Part shown: in pieces, positions 1 to 9,948 of the stretch
Position numbering within the stretch: position 1 is the stretch's first letter
How the letters are laid out: each line of letters begins with the position of its first letter
Source of the DNA: Elusimicrobiota bacterium
Lineage (GTDB): Bacteria > Elusimicrobiota > Elusimicrobia > F11
Assembly: GCA_044221725.1 (NCBI GenBank)
Contig: JBGAON010000004.1
Coordinates: forward strand, 160,001-224,000
Reading direction: 5' to 3'
Length of the DNA: 64,000 nucleotides
Made by a program: the position numbers and the translations under genes
Notes under the pieces: generated by a model
Seen by the model: only the letters and a program-made list of their open reading frames with translations
What the model was told of the DNA's origin: nothing
Database searches by the model: none

Positions 1-155
1 CGCGTTTCGAACATCCATTTTGGAGTGACACGCCAGTCTATTTGGGCACCCCCATAATTAATGCCGATTCCAAAATGTCGAATATCTTGCGAATAAAGGG
101 GGCACCCCCCTAAAAGAAGTGTGGCCAAAAAAAGCCGGCGGACGTGTGTGTTCAT
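1..155 (-). CDS. 5' part of a secreted/outer-membrane protein (runs off the window edge)
   Basis: Read manually: MNTHVRRLFLATLLLGGCPLYSQDIRHFGIGINYGGAQIDWRVTPKWMFETR...; signal-peptide-like N-terminus followed by an alternating beta-strand pattern; not in the ORF track. Confidence 0.5.
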   Translation of the reverse strand, partial: MNTHVRRLFLATLLLGGCPLYSQDIRHFGIGINYGGAQIDWRVTPKWMFET

Positions 156-276
156 CGTAATCCTGCGAGAAGGATAACAGGAAACCGGTGCCGCCGCTGC
201 GGCGAAATTCAACTAACGAGAGGTGGTGTGTTTACTTAAAGTATGGGCCGTGATGCCGAGAGGATGGGCGCGCGCC

Positions 277-732
277 TCATTTTGCTGTCGCTGAGTTCGG
301 AATGTACTGCGTGTCTTTAAGACGATACGCGTCGGACTCAATAAAGGGATACGTTATTTCCCGAGGGTCGTCGCCTTTGCCGGTGTTGTAATGAAGCGTA
401 CCGACGAGCGGGTGTTTTGCGTCGGGGAACGGAAGATCTTCAAATTTCACAATGCCGTTCGCATCGGTGAGAAGGGTCTTGGGTTCGCTTTTCCCTTTGA
501 CATAAGCGTCCACGCTGAAGCCTTCGGCCGGCGATTGGTTCGAGCGCAGCAATTTAAAGAAGAACTTGTAGTTGTTGCTATCGCGGGGTCCCGTGGTTGG
601 TACGGCGGCGGCGAGAGCATTCAAATCGGTGACGGCGGTTGATTGCGCGGCGGGTGAGGAAGATTTCTTCTGGCAAGCGGAAAGCGGTAAAAGAAAAAAT
701 CCAGCCAGGAGTGCCCAGTTTTTAAGTGTCAT
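277..732 (-). CDS. Hypothetical lipoprotein
   Basis: Lipobox LSAC after a hydrophobic stretch; AAGGAG SD upstream. Confidence 0.75.
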   Translation of the reverse strand: MTLKNWALLAGFFLLPLSACQKKSSSPAAQSTAVTDLNALAAAVPTTGPRDSNNYKFFFKLLRSNQSPAEGFSVDAYVKGKSEPKTLLTDANGIVKFEDLPFPDAKHPLVGTLHYNTGKGDDPREITYPFIESDAYRLKDTQYIPNSATAK

Positions 733-782
733 GTGAATCTCCTTATGATGAAAGCAGTTCGCCCATTACAGCAAATAACGGA

Positions 783-2768
783 TTACTCGTTTACGGAGTA
801 GAAGTCGATAAAGAGAGGCCGATCGTTGAGCTTCCAACGTTGCGGCAGGTTCGCAATTTTCTCGGCCAGTTCGTGCTCGTTGCCGTTCGCCAAATTCGTT
901 TTTTGGGCCAACGCCAACCATCGTTGGGCTTCTTCGGGATTGTTTCGTGTCGAGTAAAGCGTGGCGAGATTAGCGGCGCCGTTCGGCGAATCGGGTTGCA
1001 GTTCGATTGTTTTCTTAAAAATATTTTCGGCCGCCTCCAACTTGTCGGCAATGAAATAAAGCGCGCCTAGCAAATTCATTGCGGAGGGCAACGTGGGATC
1101 TTTTTTTAACGCAAGCGATGTTTTTGAAAAAGCGGCCTCGTATTTGTTTTCTTTGGCCAGGCGTCCTGCCTCAATAAATAGTTCGTACGCTTCCAAAAAT
1201 CTGGGGTCGGGTGAAATAGCGTACACCCGCGCCGTGCCGGAAGGCCCGATGAAGACGGTCGGGAAGCGGTTCGGATAGTTTTCCGCCCACCGCCGGTACC
1301 GGTTCCACACAAGATTCAGATTTTCCGTTCCATCGATCGTGGAGGCGGTCGCCGTTCCCTTCCGCAACAAAATATAGTCGTAGCCTCGGCTCAGCAACAC
1401 GTATTTCATCATGTCGACGCTGGTGACGTTGAGAAGAGGTCCAGCGGCCCGATTCGAATAGAGATCGACGCTCGGAGCGACGTTGCTGACCACTCTTGCC
1501 TGCGGATCGGTGTTCTGCCGAACCCATTCAAGGGAAAACCACGGTGGGGCGTTTAGCGGGTTCGGAACATACAGTGCTTTGTAGACCACATGGGCGTTTT
1601 CGAAAAGGGATGCGACCAGCACAACACCAAGCAAGGCGCGTCCCCACGAAAATCGAAAGAACGCGCACACGGTGGCGATGCAGAGAAACGGTAAAATCGG
1701 AACCGCGTAACGCGCGTCTGGAATGTGCCAAAAAACATGGACCGCAAAAAACAAAAAAGTGAACGTCGCAAAATTACCGACGACGATGCGATGGGCTCGG
1801 TGGTGGTTCCACAGGCGATGGGTAGCCAAAACCATGGTGAACACAAACGCAAGCAATAGAATCGGCGCGAGAGCCTTTTGAGCAACAGGGCTCAAGTATT
1901 GAAGCGAACTCCACGACGTAAATACTGTCGCCTGGAACCACTGGTAGGTGAATGTGAAGGCCGGTGATATGTTGTGCGACCAAAAATGCAAGAGATTTAG
2001 GATGTCGCTCCCGTACTCCGTTCGCGAAATCGTGCGATGGTGAAACCAGAGATAGAGGAAAATGGCCCAACCCGCCATTGGCAGACAAAATGCACCAAGC
2101 AACCGGCGGTTCGTTTTCGATAATACGAGCACCGCGATGGTGCCGATAGCAATGAGTATGCCGTCAGGGTGAAGCGTGCCGGCCCATCCGACCACAAATC
2201 CCAGCAGCAGCGCCGTTTTGCGCGAAGGATTACGGATAAGTTCATGCAGAAGATGGGAACTGGTGATCGCCGCAAACGCAAAGTAAGTTGCCGGCATCAC
2301 AATGCCGGAAAATCGAACGACGAGAGGATTCAGCGCATAAAGTGCGGATATCAACAAGGCTTTCTCGCTGTTCAGCCACGCACGGAGCCATTTCGCGAGG
2401 AAAAAAACCGACAGAAGCGTTGCGGCCACGGAAACCCATTCCAAATAAAACCAGCGCGGCGCGATGATTTTTGTGAAGGGCGCGAGCAGCAGCGGTAATC
2501 CGGGCATCGGATAGTCCGGTTTGATTTCCAGTAACGGGTGCCGAACAATTGTGTTCCAAAAATCTTTGGATGTAAGAACGTACAACGCGTCGTCGTTATA
2601 GATGCCGGTACGAAATTCAGAGTTAAGAACCGCGTACAGCACCCCCGCAACAGAGAGAATGCTCATCAACAAAGATTGAAAGTGGCGATCAGCAAAAGAA
2701 TGTTTTGCGATCGGCTTGCTGACGCTGGTGCGGCCGCGCGCCACAGACTTGTTTGCCAGGTGTTTCAT
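783..2768 (-). CDS. GT-C fold (ArnT/PMT-like) membrane glycosyltransferase with C-terminal TPRs
   Basis: YNDDALY motif after the first TM helix, many TM helices, C-terminal TPR pattern (AMNLLGALY...ANLATLY). Confidence 0.7.
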   Translation of the reverse strand: MKHLANKSVARGRTSVSKPIAKHSFADRHFQSLLMSILSVAGVLYAVLNSEFRTGIYNDDALYVLTSKDFWNTIVRHPLLEIKPDYPMPGLPLLLAPFTKIIAPRWFYLEWVSVAATLLSVFFLAKWLRAWLNSEKALLISALYALNPLVVRFSGIVMPATYFAFAAITSSHLLHELIRNPSRKTALLLGFVVGWAGTLHPDGILIAIGTIAVLVLSKTNRRLLGAFCLPMAGWAIFLYLWFHHRTISRTEYGSDILNLLHFWSHNISPAFTFTYQWFQATVFTSWSSLQYLSPVAQKALAPILLLAFVFTMVLATHRLWNHHRAHRIVVGNFATFTFLFFAVHVFWHIPDARYAVPILPFLCIATVCAFFRFSWGRALLGVVLVASLFENAHVVYKALYVPNPLNAPPWFSLEWVRQNTDPQARVVSNVAPSVDLYSNRAAGPLLNVTSVDMMKYVLLSRGYDYILLRKGTATASTIDGTENLNLVWNRYRRWAENYPNRFPTVFIGPSGTARVYAISPDPRFLEAYELFIEAGRLAKENKYEAAFSKTSLALKKDPTLPSAMNLLGALYFIADKLEAAENIFKKTIELQPDSPNGAANLATLYSTRNNPEEAQRWLALAQKTNLANGNEHELAEKIANLPQRWKLNDRPLFIDFYSVNE

Positions 2769-2844
2769 GGATACCTCAAAAAAATTTGATGTGCCGTCCG
2801 CGAAGCGAACGGTCTTTGCGTAAAGGATGAAGGGAACGCTGAGG

Positions 2845-3222
2845 TTAGGCGAAGAAAGGCGGGGCGCGGTCGCCTATCGGGCGTGCGATCGCTTGTGGCG
2901 TGCGAACATGCTGGCGAAACAAAACGGTTCGAATGAAGCTTAATCGCGGTTTCAACAAAATATTATTGCCATTGCGGGGCAGCGCATGAGCGTAATCTTT
3001 TCTCGGTGCGCAGGCGTTGCAGCGATGGATTTTCGTTAGAGGACGGACGATGTGAGGGTGATGGGCGGCCGAGTGTTTCGCGAGGCGATGCAATTGCCGG
3101 CCGTATTCAATGTGCTGAAAGAAGAATCGCCGGCCGGGGACTTGGTGAACGGGCACACTGAGACAGAGGAGAACCGACACAACGAATTTTGCCAAGCTCG
3201 AGGAGTGCCGTGACATGCGCAA
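2845..3222 (-). CDS. Hypothetical His-rich exported protein with CxxC and C-terminal RAPP motif (DUF2946-like)
   Basis: Hydrophobic N-terminus, HHPH, CNAC, terminal DRAPP. Confidence 0.4.
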   Translation of the reverse strand: MRMSRHSSSLAKFVVSVLLCLSVPVHQVPGRRFFFQHIEYGRQLHRLAKHSAAHHPHIVRPLTKIHRCNACAPRKDYAHALPRNGNNILLKPRLSFIRTVLFRQHVRTPQAIARPIGDRAPPFFA

Positions 3223-3313
3223 AAAGTAGCAAATGCGCGCGCAAAAATCCGGCGGGAACTTTCAATAACCCAAAATGTAACATGAAAAACAAACCCATCA
3301 AAAAGGAGACGAT

Positions 3314-4414
3314 ATGTCCTCGAAAGATCTTTTCTCGCCAGTAAAAGTTGGCCCGTATGAATTAAGAAATCGCATTGTCATGGCGCCCATGACGCGCTGC
3401 CGCGCCATTGAAGGCAATGTCCCCAATCCGATCGCGGCCACCTATTATCAGCAGCGCGCCACGGCTGGGCTCATCATTACCGAAGCCACGCAAGTTGCTC
3501 CGGAAGGGCAAGGATACGTGAGCACGCCCGGGATCCATTCGGCCGCACAAACCGAGGGCTGGAAAAAGATCACAAAAGCCGTTCACGATGTTGGTGGCCG
3601 CATTTACTTGCAGTTGTGGCATGTGGGCCGCATTTCTCATTCTCTTTATCAGCCCGGCCATGCGTTACCTGTCGCGCCGTCGGCCATTCCCATGAGCGGA
3701 AATGTCTACACCCCCGAAGGGATGAGGCCGTACGAGACGCCGCGCGCCCTTGATATTGCGGAAATTCCCGGAATCGTTGAGAAATTCCGACTGGGCGCAA
3801 AAAATGCATTGGACGCCGGATTTGACGGTGTTGAGATTCACGGCGCGAACGGTTATTTGATCGATCAATTTTTGCAGGATGGCACCAACAAACGAACCGA
3901 TAGCTATGGCGGGCCCATTGAAAATCGAGCACGTTTTCTGCTCGACGTCACGAATGCGGTGTTAAGCGTTTGGGGCGCCGAACGCGTGGGAATTCGGTTG
4001 TCGCCGAACGGCACGTTCCACGACATGAAAGATTCCGATCCAGAAAAAACATTTTCCTATGTGATTCGGGAACTAAACAAATTGAAACTCGGCTATTTGC
4101 ATTTGCGCACCGGAACCGCTGTTGAAATTCGGCATGGTCGAGCCGCAGTTCCGATGCAAACGTTCCGTCCGCTTTTTTCGAACCCCATCATTTTGAACGA
4201 TCAATTCAATCGCGCAAAAGCCGATGCGGCGATCGCGAGCGGTTTGGCCGATCTTGTGGCATTTGGCGCCGTTTATATTTCCAATCCTGATCTGGTTGAA
4301 CGGTTTCGCATCGGGGCGCCAATCACGCCACCCGACTCATCCACCTTCTACACCGGGGGTGAGAAAGGGTACACGGATTATCCGACGCTGGCGGAGGCAG
4401 CGGCAAGAAAATAA
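3314..4414 (+). CDS. nemA: Old yellow enzyme family alkene reductase (NemA-like)
   Basis: NRIVMAPMTR, QLWHVGR, GFDGVEIHGANGYLIDQFL motifs; AAGGAG SD. Confidence 0.93.
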   Translation: MSSKDLFSPVKVGPYELRNRIVMAPMTRCRAIEGNVPNPIAATYYQQRATAGLIITEATQVAPEGQGYVSTPGIHSAAQTEGWKKITKAVHDVGGRIYLQLWHVGRISHSLYQPGHALPVAPSAIPMSGNVYTPEGMRPYETPRALDIAEIPGIVEKFRLGAKNALDAGFDGVEIHGANGYLIDQFLQDGTNKRTDSYGGPIENRARFLLDVTNAVLSVWGAERVGIRLSPNGTFHDMKDSDPEKTFSYVIRELNKLKLGYLHLRTGTAVEIRHGRAAVPMQTFRPLFSNPIILNDQFNRAKADAAIASGLADLVAFGAVYISNPDLVERFRIGAPITPPDSSTFYTGGEKGYTDYPTLAEAAARK

Positions 4415-4428
4415 CCAGTTCTCCTATA

Positions 4429-4453
4429 GAACCAGAAGCCTCCTTCAGTCGTA
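4429..4453 (+). promoter_or_regulatory. ECF-sigma-type promoter GAAC-N17-CGTA
   Basis: gaac cagaagcctccttcagt cgta, about 30 nt before the SDR start; motif recurs window-wide. Confidence 0.65.
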
Positions 4454-4482
4454 CTTTTTAACACAGACTCAAGGAGGTTTTT

Positions 4483-5490
4483 ATGAAACGTTCCCGCGTA
4501 CTAATGTTGGCTGGCTTGGCCGGACTTTATTTGGCTCTCAGAAACAAAAAGAAAAAGTGGGACAACTTTTTCCGCCGCGTGGTTCTTATTTTTGGTGGAT
4601 CGCGAGGCCTTGGACTTGAATTGGCTCGGCAGTTGCTGGACGATGGCGCGTTCGTGGCCATTTGCGCGCGGGACGCGCAGGAACTTGCGTACGCTCGCGA
4701 AGCCGCTGGTTTCTATAGTGGGAACCTCGCAACATTCCAGGGCGATGTTACCTCCGCGGCCGATATTCAGCGCGTGATCGATGCGGTCGTTGATCAATTC
4801 GGTCGCATTGACGTGTTGATCAACAACGCAGGCTTGATGCAAGTTGGTCCCCTGCAAACGATGAACATAGCGGAATTCGACCGCGCCATGAACACCAACT
4901 TTTGGGGCGCCGTGCACGCTTGCTTAAAGGCCTTGCCGATTTTGCAACGTCAGAACGAAGGGCGCATTGTGAACATTGCTTCTATCGGCGGCGTGGTCAA
5001 TCCTCCCCACCTGGTTCCTTATAACGCAAGCAAAGCGGCGCTGATCGGTTTTTCAGAAAGTTTGAGTGCGGAAGTTTCTGGCGATATTTGCGTGACCACC
5101 GTTTTCCCCGGTCTCATGCGAACCGGAAGTCCGCTGAACGCGGAATTCAAAGGCAATGCCGATGCGGAGTTCCTTTGGTTCGGAACAACCGACATGTTGC
5201 CGGGTTTCTCGATCCGTGTGCAAAGCGCCGCACGAAAGATTTTAAACGCGTGTCGGAGAGGTGATCGCGAGCTTACGTTCACGGTTCCTGCGAAGATCGG
5301 GGCGGTCATGCACGCACTTTTCCCAAACACCACCGTTAATTTGTTTGGAATTGTAAATCGGCTGTTGCCAAAATCAACGCGCCCGTGGTCCAAGCGCGGA
5401 AGCGAAACGCAGGGGATAGCCAACCAAGTGCTTAAGCGTCAACTCGAAGTGGTCGGCACGCAACAGAATCAATCGAGCGGCTTAGCCTAA
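4483..5490 (+). CDS. Short-chain dehydrogenase/reductase
   Basis: GGSRGLG, NNAG and YNASK motifs. Confidence 0.9.
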   Translation: MKRSRVLMLAGLAGLYLALRNKKKKWDNFFRRVVLIFGGSRGLGLELARQLLDDGAFVAICARDAQELAYAREAAGFYSGNLATFQGDVTSAADIQRVIDAVVDQFGRIDVLINNAGLMQVGPLQTMNIAEFDRAMNTNFWGAVHACLKALPILQRQNEGRIVNIASIGGVVNPPHLVPYNASKAALIGFSESLSAEVSGDICVTTVFPGLMRTGSPLNAEFKGNADAEFLWFGTTDMLPGFSIRVQSAARKILNACRRGDRELTFTVPAKIGAVMHALFPNTTVNLFGIVNRLLPKSTRPWSKRGSETQGIANQVLKRQLEVVGTQQNQSSGLA

Positions 5491-5512
5491 GGTAACACGC
5501 GGAAATCGCACC

Positions 5513-5536
5513 GCACTGTTTGTCCGCCCGTTCGTA
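5513..5536 (+). promoter_or_regulatory. ECF-sigma-type promoter variant GCAC-N16-CGTA
   Basis: gcac tgtttgtccgcccgtt cgta upstream of the PA2779-like gene. Confidence 0.5.
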
Positions 5537-5568
5537 CTTAATGAGGAAAATCTAAGGAGGTACGAACG

Positions 5569-5949
5569 ATGATATGGAAAAGGAAGAAACTTAGAGAGCT
5601 TCTGGCAGTGATGACGGCCTCGCTGGTGTTTGCACTGGCCACGAATCGCGCGGAAGCGATGTTGGCTCCCGCACAACTGCCAACAACAACGGCGCGGCGA
5701 GCTGCTGACACGCAGACCATTCAGACATTCCTGGAACAGAAAGAAGTGGCTCAGCATCTCGCGGAAATGAAACTGAATTCGGCTGAAATTGAAGCGCGGC
5801 TCAGTAACTTGTCGGATCAAGAGCTTCACCAGGTGGTCACAAGGATTGATCGTGAGTATCCGGCCGGTGACGCGGGCAGTGTTGCGGTGACCGTTCTTGT
5901 CATCGGCATCCTGGCGCTGCTGTTCGTTTACCTTTTAAGACGCGTCTGA
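5569..5949 (+). CDS. PA2779-family protein
   Basis: Signal peptide, ARLSNLSDQEL...PAGD then C-terminal hydrophobic helix; adjacent to a C39 peptidase. Confidence 0.75.
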   Translation: MIWKRKKLRELLAVMTASLVFALATNRAEAMLAPAQLPTTTARRAADTQTIQTFLEQKEVAQHLAEMKLNSAEIEARLSNLSDQELHQVVTRIDREYPAGDAGSVAVTVLVIGILALLFVYLLRRV

Positions 5950-5966
5950 GTTCCGGGACCCCTGGC

Positions 5967-6935
5967 ATGACATTTCGCCGAATCCCGTTGCCGATCGCGA
6001 TCGGCCTGTGGCTTGTTGGTTGTGCGCCGTTTCGCAAGCGCGGACTGGTGCCCGGCGAACACACCGCGCAGCGCGTCCATTTATCGGCCGTTCCGTTTTA
6101 TCCAAACACCTCTAATCAGTGCGGTCCGGCCTCGTTAGCGACTCTGCTCGCGTATTGGAACAAGCCCGTGGTAATCGCCGACTTGAGGAACGAGGTGTTT
6201 ATAAAAAAATTGGGCGGAACCCTTCCGATGGACATGCGGCCGGCGCTCGCGCGGCGACAGCTTGAAGCGCGAGTTATTTCCGGCTCGTTTGATGCCGTTC
6301 GCGAGGAGCTCCGAAACGGACGGCCGGTGATCGCTTATCTGAATTTCGGAACAAAATCGCACCCGATTGGTCACTTTGTGGTGATCATTGGTTTCGACGA
6401 CGAACGGCGGGGTTTTTGGATCCATTCAGGTGGCGCCCAAAACAAATTCGCCTCGTATCGTCGTTTTAACCGTGGATGGAGTGACACGGACCATTGGATG
6501 CTCACGGCTCAACCGTCCGACAGTGTCGTTGAGGTTCGGCCTGCCGGTATAAAAGGCTTCCAGCTCCATCTCTTTTTGTCGGCGGACGAACATTTCCAAT
6601 TGGGAAACATTTACGAGAAAAAAGGACAATCTGACGCGGCACGTGATCAATACGACAGGGCGCTGCAACGGAACAAACATTTTGATGCGGCGCTCATGGC
6701 GCTCGGAAACCTCGCGTTTGAAAATCGAAATTACCATGCTGCCGAGAAATATTATCGCCGGGTTTTGCGACGGAACCCAAACCATGGCGGTGCCAACAAC
6801 AACCTCGCGATGGTCTATCTTGCTGAAAAAAGAAAATTGTGGGACGCCAAGCGCTTCGCGACGAAAGCACTGTCGACGGAATACAAGGCCTACGCTGAAA
6901 ATACGCTCGCGCAGCTAAGCACGCTCGAGCCCTAG
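5967..6935 (+). CDS. PA2778-family C39-like cysteine peptidase lipoprotein with TPRs
   Basis: LVGC lipobox, QCGPASLA catalytic Cys, GHFVVIIGFD, C-terminal TPRs. Confidence 0.85.
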   Translation: MTFRRIPLPIAIGLWLVGCAPFRKRGLVPGEHTAQRVHLSAVPFYPNTSNQCGPASLATLLAYWNKPVVIADLRNEVFIKKLGGTLPMDMRPALARRQLEARVISGSFDAVREELRNGRPVIAYLNFGTKSHPIGHFVVIIGFDDERRGFWIHSGGAQNKFASYRRFNRGWSDTDHWMLTAQPSDSVVEVRPAGIKGFQLHLFLSADEHFQLGNIYEKKGQSDAARDQYDRALQRNKHFDAALMALGNLAFENRNYHAAEKYYRRVLRRNPNHGGANNNLAMVYLAEKRKLWDAKRFATKALSTEYKAYAENTLAQLSTLEP

Positions 6936-7007
6936 TCGCCGCGCGAGCGCGTTTTAGAAGGTTGCTCCCTTACGCGCGGCTTTATGCCGGAGACCACGTT
7001 GAAACAA

Positions 7008-7814
7008 TTACGCGACGGATTCGGCGCTATAGCGCGCGATAAGACCGGTTCGCACCGCGTATTTGTAGGTGCGCACAAACGTCGCATACGCGAGCAAAAG
7101 ATAAATCAGATCCAGTCCAACGGCCATCCACAGTTGGCTCGCGTGCGCGTGGTATCCTGCGATGATCGAGCGCATGCCCTGAAAAATATAAGAAGGCGGT
7201 AACAAACGCCCGATGATTTGCATCCATTCCGGTAAAACTGACAGTGGATAGAAGACGCCGACGAACGGCGACAGAGGCGCTGGAATTGGCCAAATAAACC
7301 ATTCGGATGCGGGCCCGAGTCGCAAAACGATGGCGGTGGCAAAAATGCCCAGCGCGATACCGAACACGAACAGGTTCAGCAGAAACGGAATCATCAGTAA
7401 TCCATACGGCAAAAACGACAACCCAAACGCAGCACTGGCGAGCGCGACCATCGCGACCAACCCGACCGCGCTCGAGACAACACTCGAACCGATGAGCCCG
7501 AGAATGTATTCGCTGATCGTAAGCGGCGTCGCGAAATAATTCAGGAAATTACGCGACCAAACGTCTTCAAAAAAAGTTGTGGTCACGCCCTGCATCACAC
7601 GAATAAAAAAATCCCACAACAAAACCGCACCCAGCAACGACGGAACGAAGTTGTGTTCGCCGAGCGTCAACGTGTTCATATACGTGGTCATAAAGCCCCA
7701 CAGAATAATATCGACGGCAACCCATGAGAACAGAGGCACCACCCGCGAAATACTGCCGCGCATTAAGTAGAACTGCCGCAACATCACCGCGCCAACCCGA
7801 TTTAACGAAATCAT
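7008..7814 (-). CDS. ABC-2 type transporter permease
   Basis: Six TM helices, GVFYPLSVLPEW; start reassigned to the ATG overlapping the ATPase stop. Confidence 0.88.
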   Translation of the reverse strand: MISLNRVGAVMLRQFYLMRGSISRVVPLFSWVAVDIILWGFMTTYMNTLTLGEHNFVPSLLGAVLLWDFFIRVMQGVTTTFFEDVWSRNFLNYFATPLTISEYILGLIGSSVVSSAVGLVAMVALASAAFGLSFLPYGLLMIPFLLNLFVFGIALGIFATAIVLRLGPASEWFIWPIPAPLSPFVGVFYPLSVLPEWMQIIGRLLPPSYIFQGMRSIIAGYHAHASQLWMAVGLDLIYLLLAYATFVRTYKYAVRTGLIARYSAESVA

Positions 7815-8539
7815 TTTTCGCTCCGTGCCACCGCAATAAATAATTCCTCCATGGTCTTTACTCCGCGTTGAGCCGGCAATTCTTTTGGATTCCCTTCGAG
7901 CAGAATTTTTCCGTGGGATAGAATCAGCACGCGGTCGCAGACGTCTTCCACTTCGTACATGTTGTGGGATGTCCAAAGGATTCCCGTCGAACATTTTTTT
8001 GCGATGTCGCTGATCTGAACGCGCAGCTCAGCCGCGATCGCCGGGTCGAGCGAAGCGGTTGGTTCATCAAGCAATAACAATCGCGGCCGATTTAAAAAAG
8101 CTTTCGCGAGGCTGACCCGCGTTTGTTCGCCGGACGACAACAAACCGCATTTGATCTTTCGAAAACGCGCGAGAGAAAATTGTTCCATTAGTTCCTCAAT
8201 ACGTTCGCGGAGGCGCGGCACGTTGTAAAGAAGACCAAACACGTGCAGGTTCTCGGCCACTGTTAGATTTCCGGGGAGCGGTGCGTACACGGCCGCAAAA
8301 TTCGTGGACTCGAGCGCTTGGCGGTGATGCGTGCGAATATTGAATCCCTCGATTTGAATTTCGCCGCTCGTCGGGGCGAGCACGCCAAGAACCATGTTGA
8401 TCGTGGTTGTTTTGCCGGCGCCGTTTGGACCCAGCAAGCCCACAATTTCATGTTCGTTTACATGAAACGAGACGCCTCCAACCGCCACCGTCGAACCGTA
8501 TTCTTTCCGAAGGTTTGAAACCGATAGTACCGCTGACAT
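7811..8539 (-). CDS. ABC transporter ATP-binding protein
   Basis: GPNGAGKT, LSSGE, LLLLDEPT. Confidence 0.93.
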   Translation of the reverse strand: MSAVLSVSNLRKEYGSTVAVGGVSFHVNEHEIVGLLGPNGAGKTTTINMVLGVLAPTSGEIQIEGFNIRTHHRQALESTNFAAVYAPLPGNLTVAENLHVFGLLYNVPRLRERIEELMEQFSLARFRKIKCGLLSSGEQTRVSLAKAFLNRPRLLLLDEPTASLDPAIAAELRVQISDIAKKCSTGILWTSHNMYEVEDVCDRVLILSHGKILLEGNPKELPAQRGVKTMEELFIAVARSEK

Positions 8540-8574
8540 GTGCGTGTCATGATACAAAGCCAAACAAATTTTGA

Positions 8575-8895
8575 TTACACGTCGAACTCTTGCCTCGATT
8601 TCGGTTCAATCTGTTCGAGTTCGGCCAGTTCGTCGTTTTGACGGTCTCCTTCGCCTTCTTGGTTTGTGGGACCACGCCCGCTTTGCACGCCTTGCGGATT
8701 TTTGATGTCGGCCACCGGATCGGTGTCCGGTTGGCCGGTTTCCATCGCCGTGAAAGCCGCGGACGAGGACGGCCATTTGGTCTCGGCCGCCGGGATTTCC
8801 CAGGTTTCTTGCATGCCAATCGGCAGCGATTCGGATTTGAGATTCGTCATGTGCTTCGCGGATTTTTTCTTATGGGTTTTTGTTCGATTTTTCAT
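8575..8895 (-). CDS. Small hydrophilic hypothetical protein
   Basis: AAGGAGG SD plus ECF-type promoter upstream; low-complexity acidic sequence. Confidence 0.65.
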   Translation of the reverse strand: MKNRTKTHKKKSAKHMTNLKSESLPIGMQETWEIPAAETKWPSSSAAFTAMETGQPDTDPVADIKNPQGVQSGRGPTNQEGEGDRQNDELAELEQIEPKSRQEFDV

Positions 8896-8922
8896 TTGTT
8901 CCTCCTTCGTTCTTACTCTATT

Positions 8923-8977
8923 TACGGCGTCGATAGCCGGAGGTTCTTAGGTCAAACGGAACACGGAATTATTCGTA
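8923..8977. promoter_or_regulatory. Back-to-back divergent ECF-type promoters (minus GAAC-N16-CGTA 8946-8923; plus AAAC-N16-CGTA 8954-8977)
   Basis: Both motifs read directly; each points at a small hydrophilic gene. Confidence 0.65.
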
Positions 8978-9019
8978 ATGGAGGAATAGAGTGTTCAGCC
9001 TTTAAAAGAGGAGGATCTC

Positions 9020-9331
9020 ATGGAGGACTTAAATAAGACGAAGGGAAATTGGTCGCGCAAACAAACCCGTTTTCCGGAAGAACCGCTCTCAAAACAGCGT
9101 GCGCAGCCGTACGAGGGAGATGACCAAAAGCCCGCCATGGAAGATGGGGCGGGCAACGAAGTGAACCCCAATCTGGAGCCGGATCGAAACACGCCGTTGG
9201 CCGACGTAAAAGAACGATCCATTCCTTACGATGAGATCGGTAAAACGGACGCCGAAATTCGCAAAAGACGCGGAACCGCTCAGCAAGAGCCGGGCCCCAA
9301 TCCCGGAGCCACCCCGACCGACGGTTCGTAG
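9020..9331 (+). CDS. Small hydrophilic hypothetical protein
   Basis: GAGGAGG SD plus ECF-type promoter; almost no hydrophobic residues. Confidence 0.65.
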   Translation: MEDLNKTKGNWSRKQTRFPEEPLSKQRAQPYEGDDQKPAMEDGAGNEVNPNLEPDRNTPLADVKERSIPYDEIGKTDAEIRKRRGTAQQEPGPNPGATPTDGS

Positions 9332-9378
9332 CCGTTCGATCGCCGGATCGATACTCTCCGATCGCCTTGCCGGAAAGT

Positions 9379-9912
9379 CTAAATTTGCAGCTTTGGTCGA
9401 GCGAATAGCTCGCGCGCCACCGGTGTGAACGGATGCTCTTTCCTGCCACTCGTTGTGATGTGAATGACGGTCCATCCTTCTGATTTAAGGCGATCCGAAA
9501 TCAAACCGCGGTGGCAGCGCCACCACACCGCTTCGGAACACATGTACGCCGTTGGTTTTTCTCTCGCCAATTCTTTCAACTCTTCGAGCGCATTTGAAAA
9601 TTCTGGACCATCCATGTAATCGGCGTAGCCACGGAACGCGGCGTTTCGCCATTCGGAGTGTTTCGAATCGGGTTTTGGTTTGCGGCGCCCGCCGAGCGCG
9701 GGCATCCATTTGTAATCGATCCCGCTGTTGGGAAGCGCGCGCTCCATCGCTTCGCGACCGACGTGCGGATACCGCCGCGAACCGGGGAAGCTGCGTACGT
9801 CAACCAATGTCTGGATGCCGTTGGACTTGAGCATCGCCACAAACGTTTCCCACGTCAATGTGGAATGTCCGACAGTAAAAATGGTCTGCGATTCGGTTTT
9901 CGTAGCATCCAT
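9379..9912 (-). CDS. DUF488 family protein
   Basis: IFTVGHS, LVDVRSFPGSRRYP, MCSEAVWWRCHR. Confidence 0.9.
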   Translation of the reverse strand: MDATKTESQTIFTVGHSTLTWETFVAMLKSNGIQTLVDVRSFPGSRRYPHVGREAMERALPNSGIDYKWMPALGGRRKPKPDSKHSEWRNAAFRGYADYMDGPEFSNALEELKELAREKPTAYMCSEAVWWRCHRGLISDRLKSEGWTVIHITTSGRKEHPFTPVARELFARPKLQI

Positions 9913-9948
9913 AAAAATATTCTATCAGCGGAGCGCGGGCAGCGTTTC

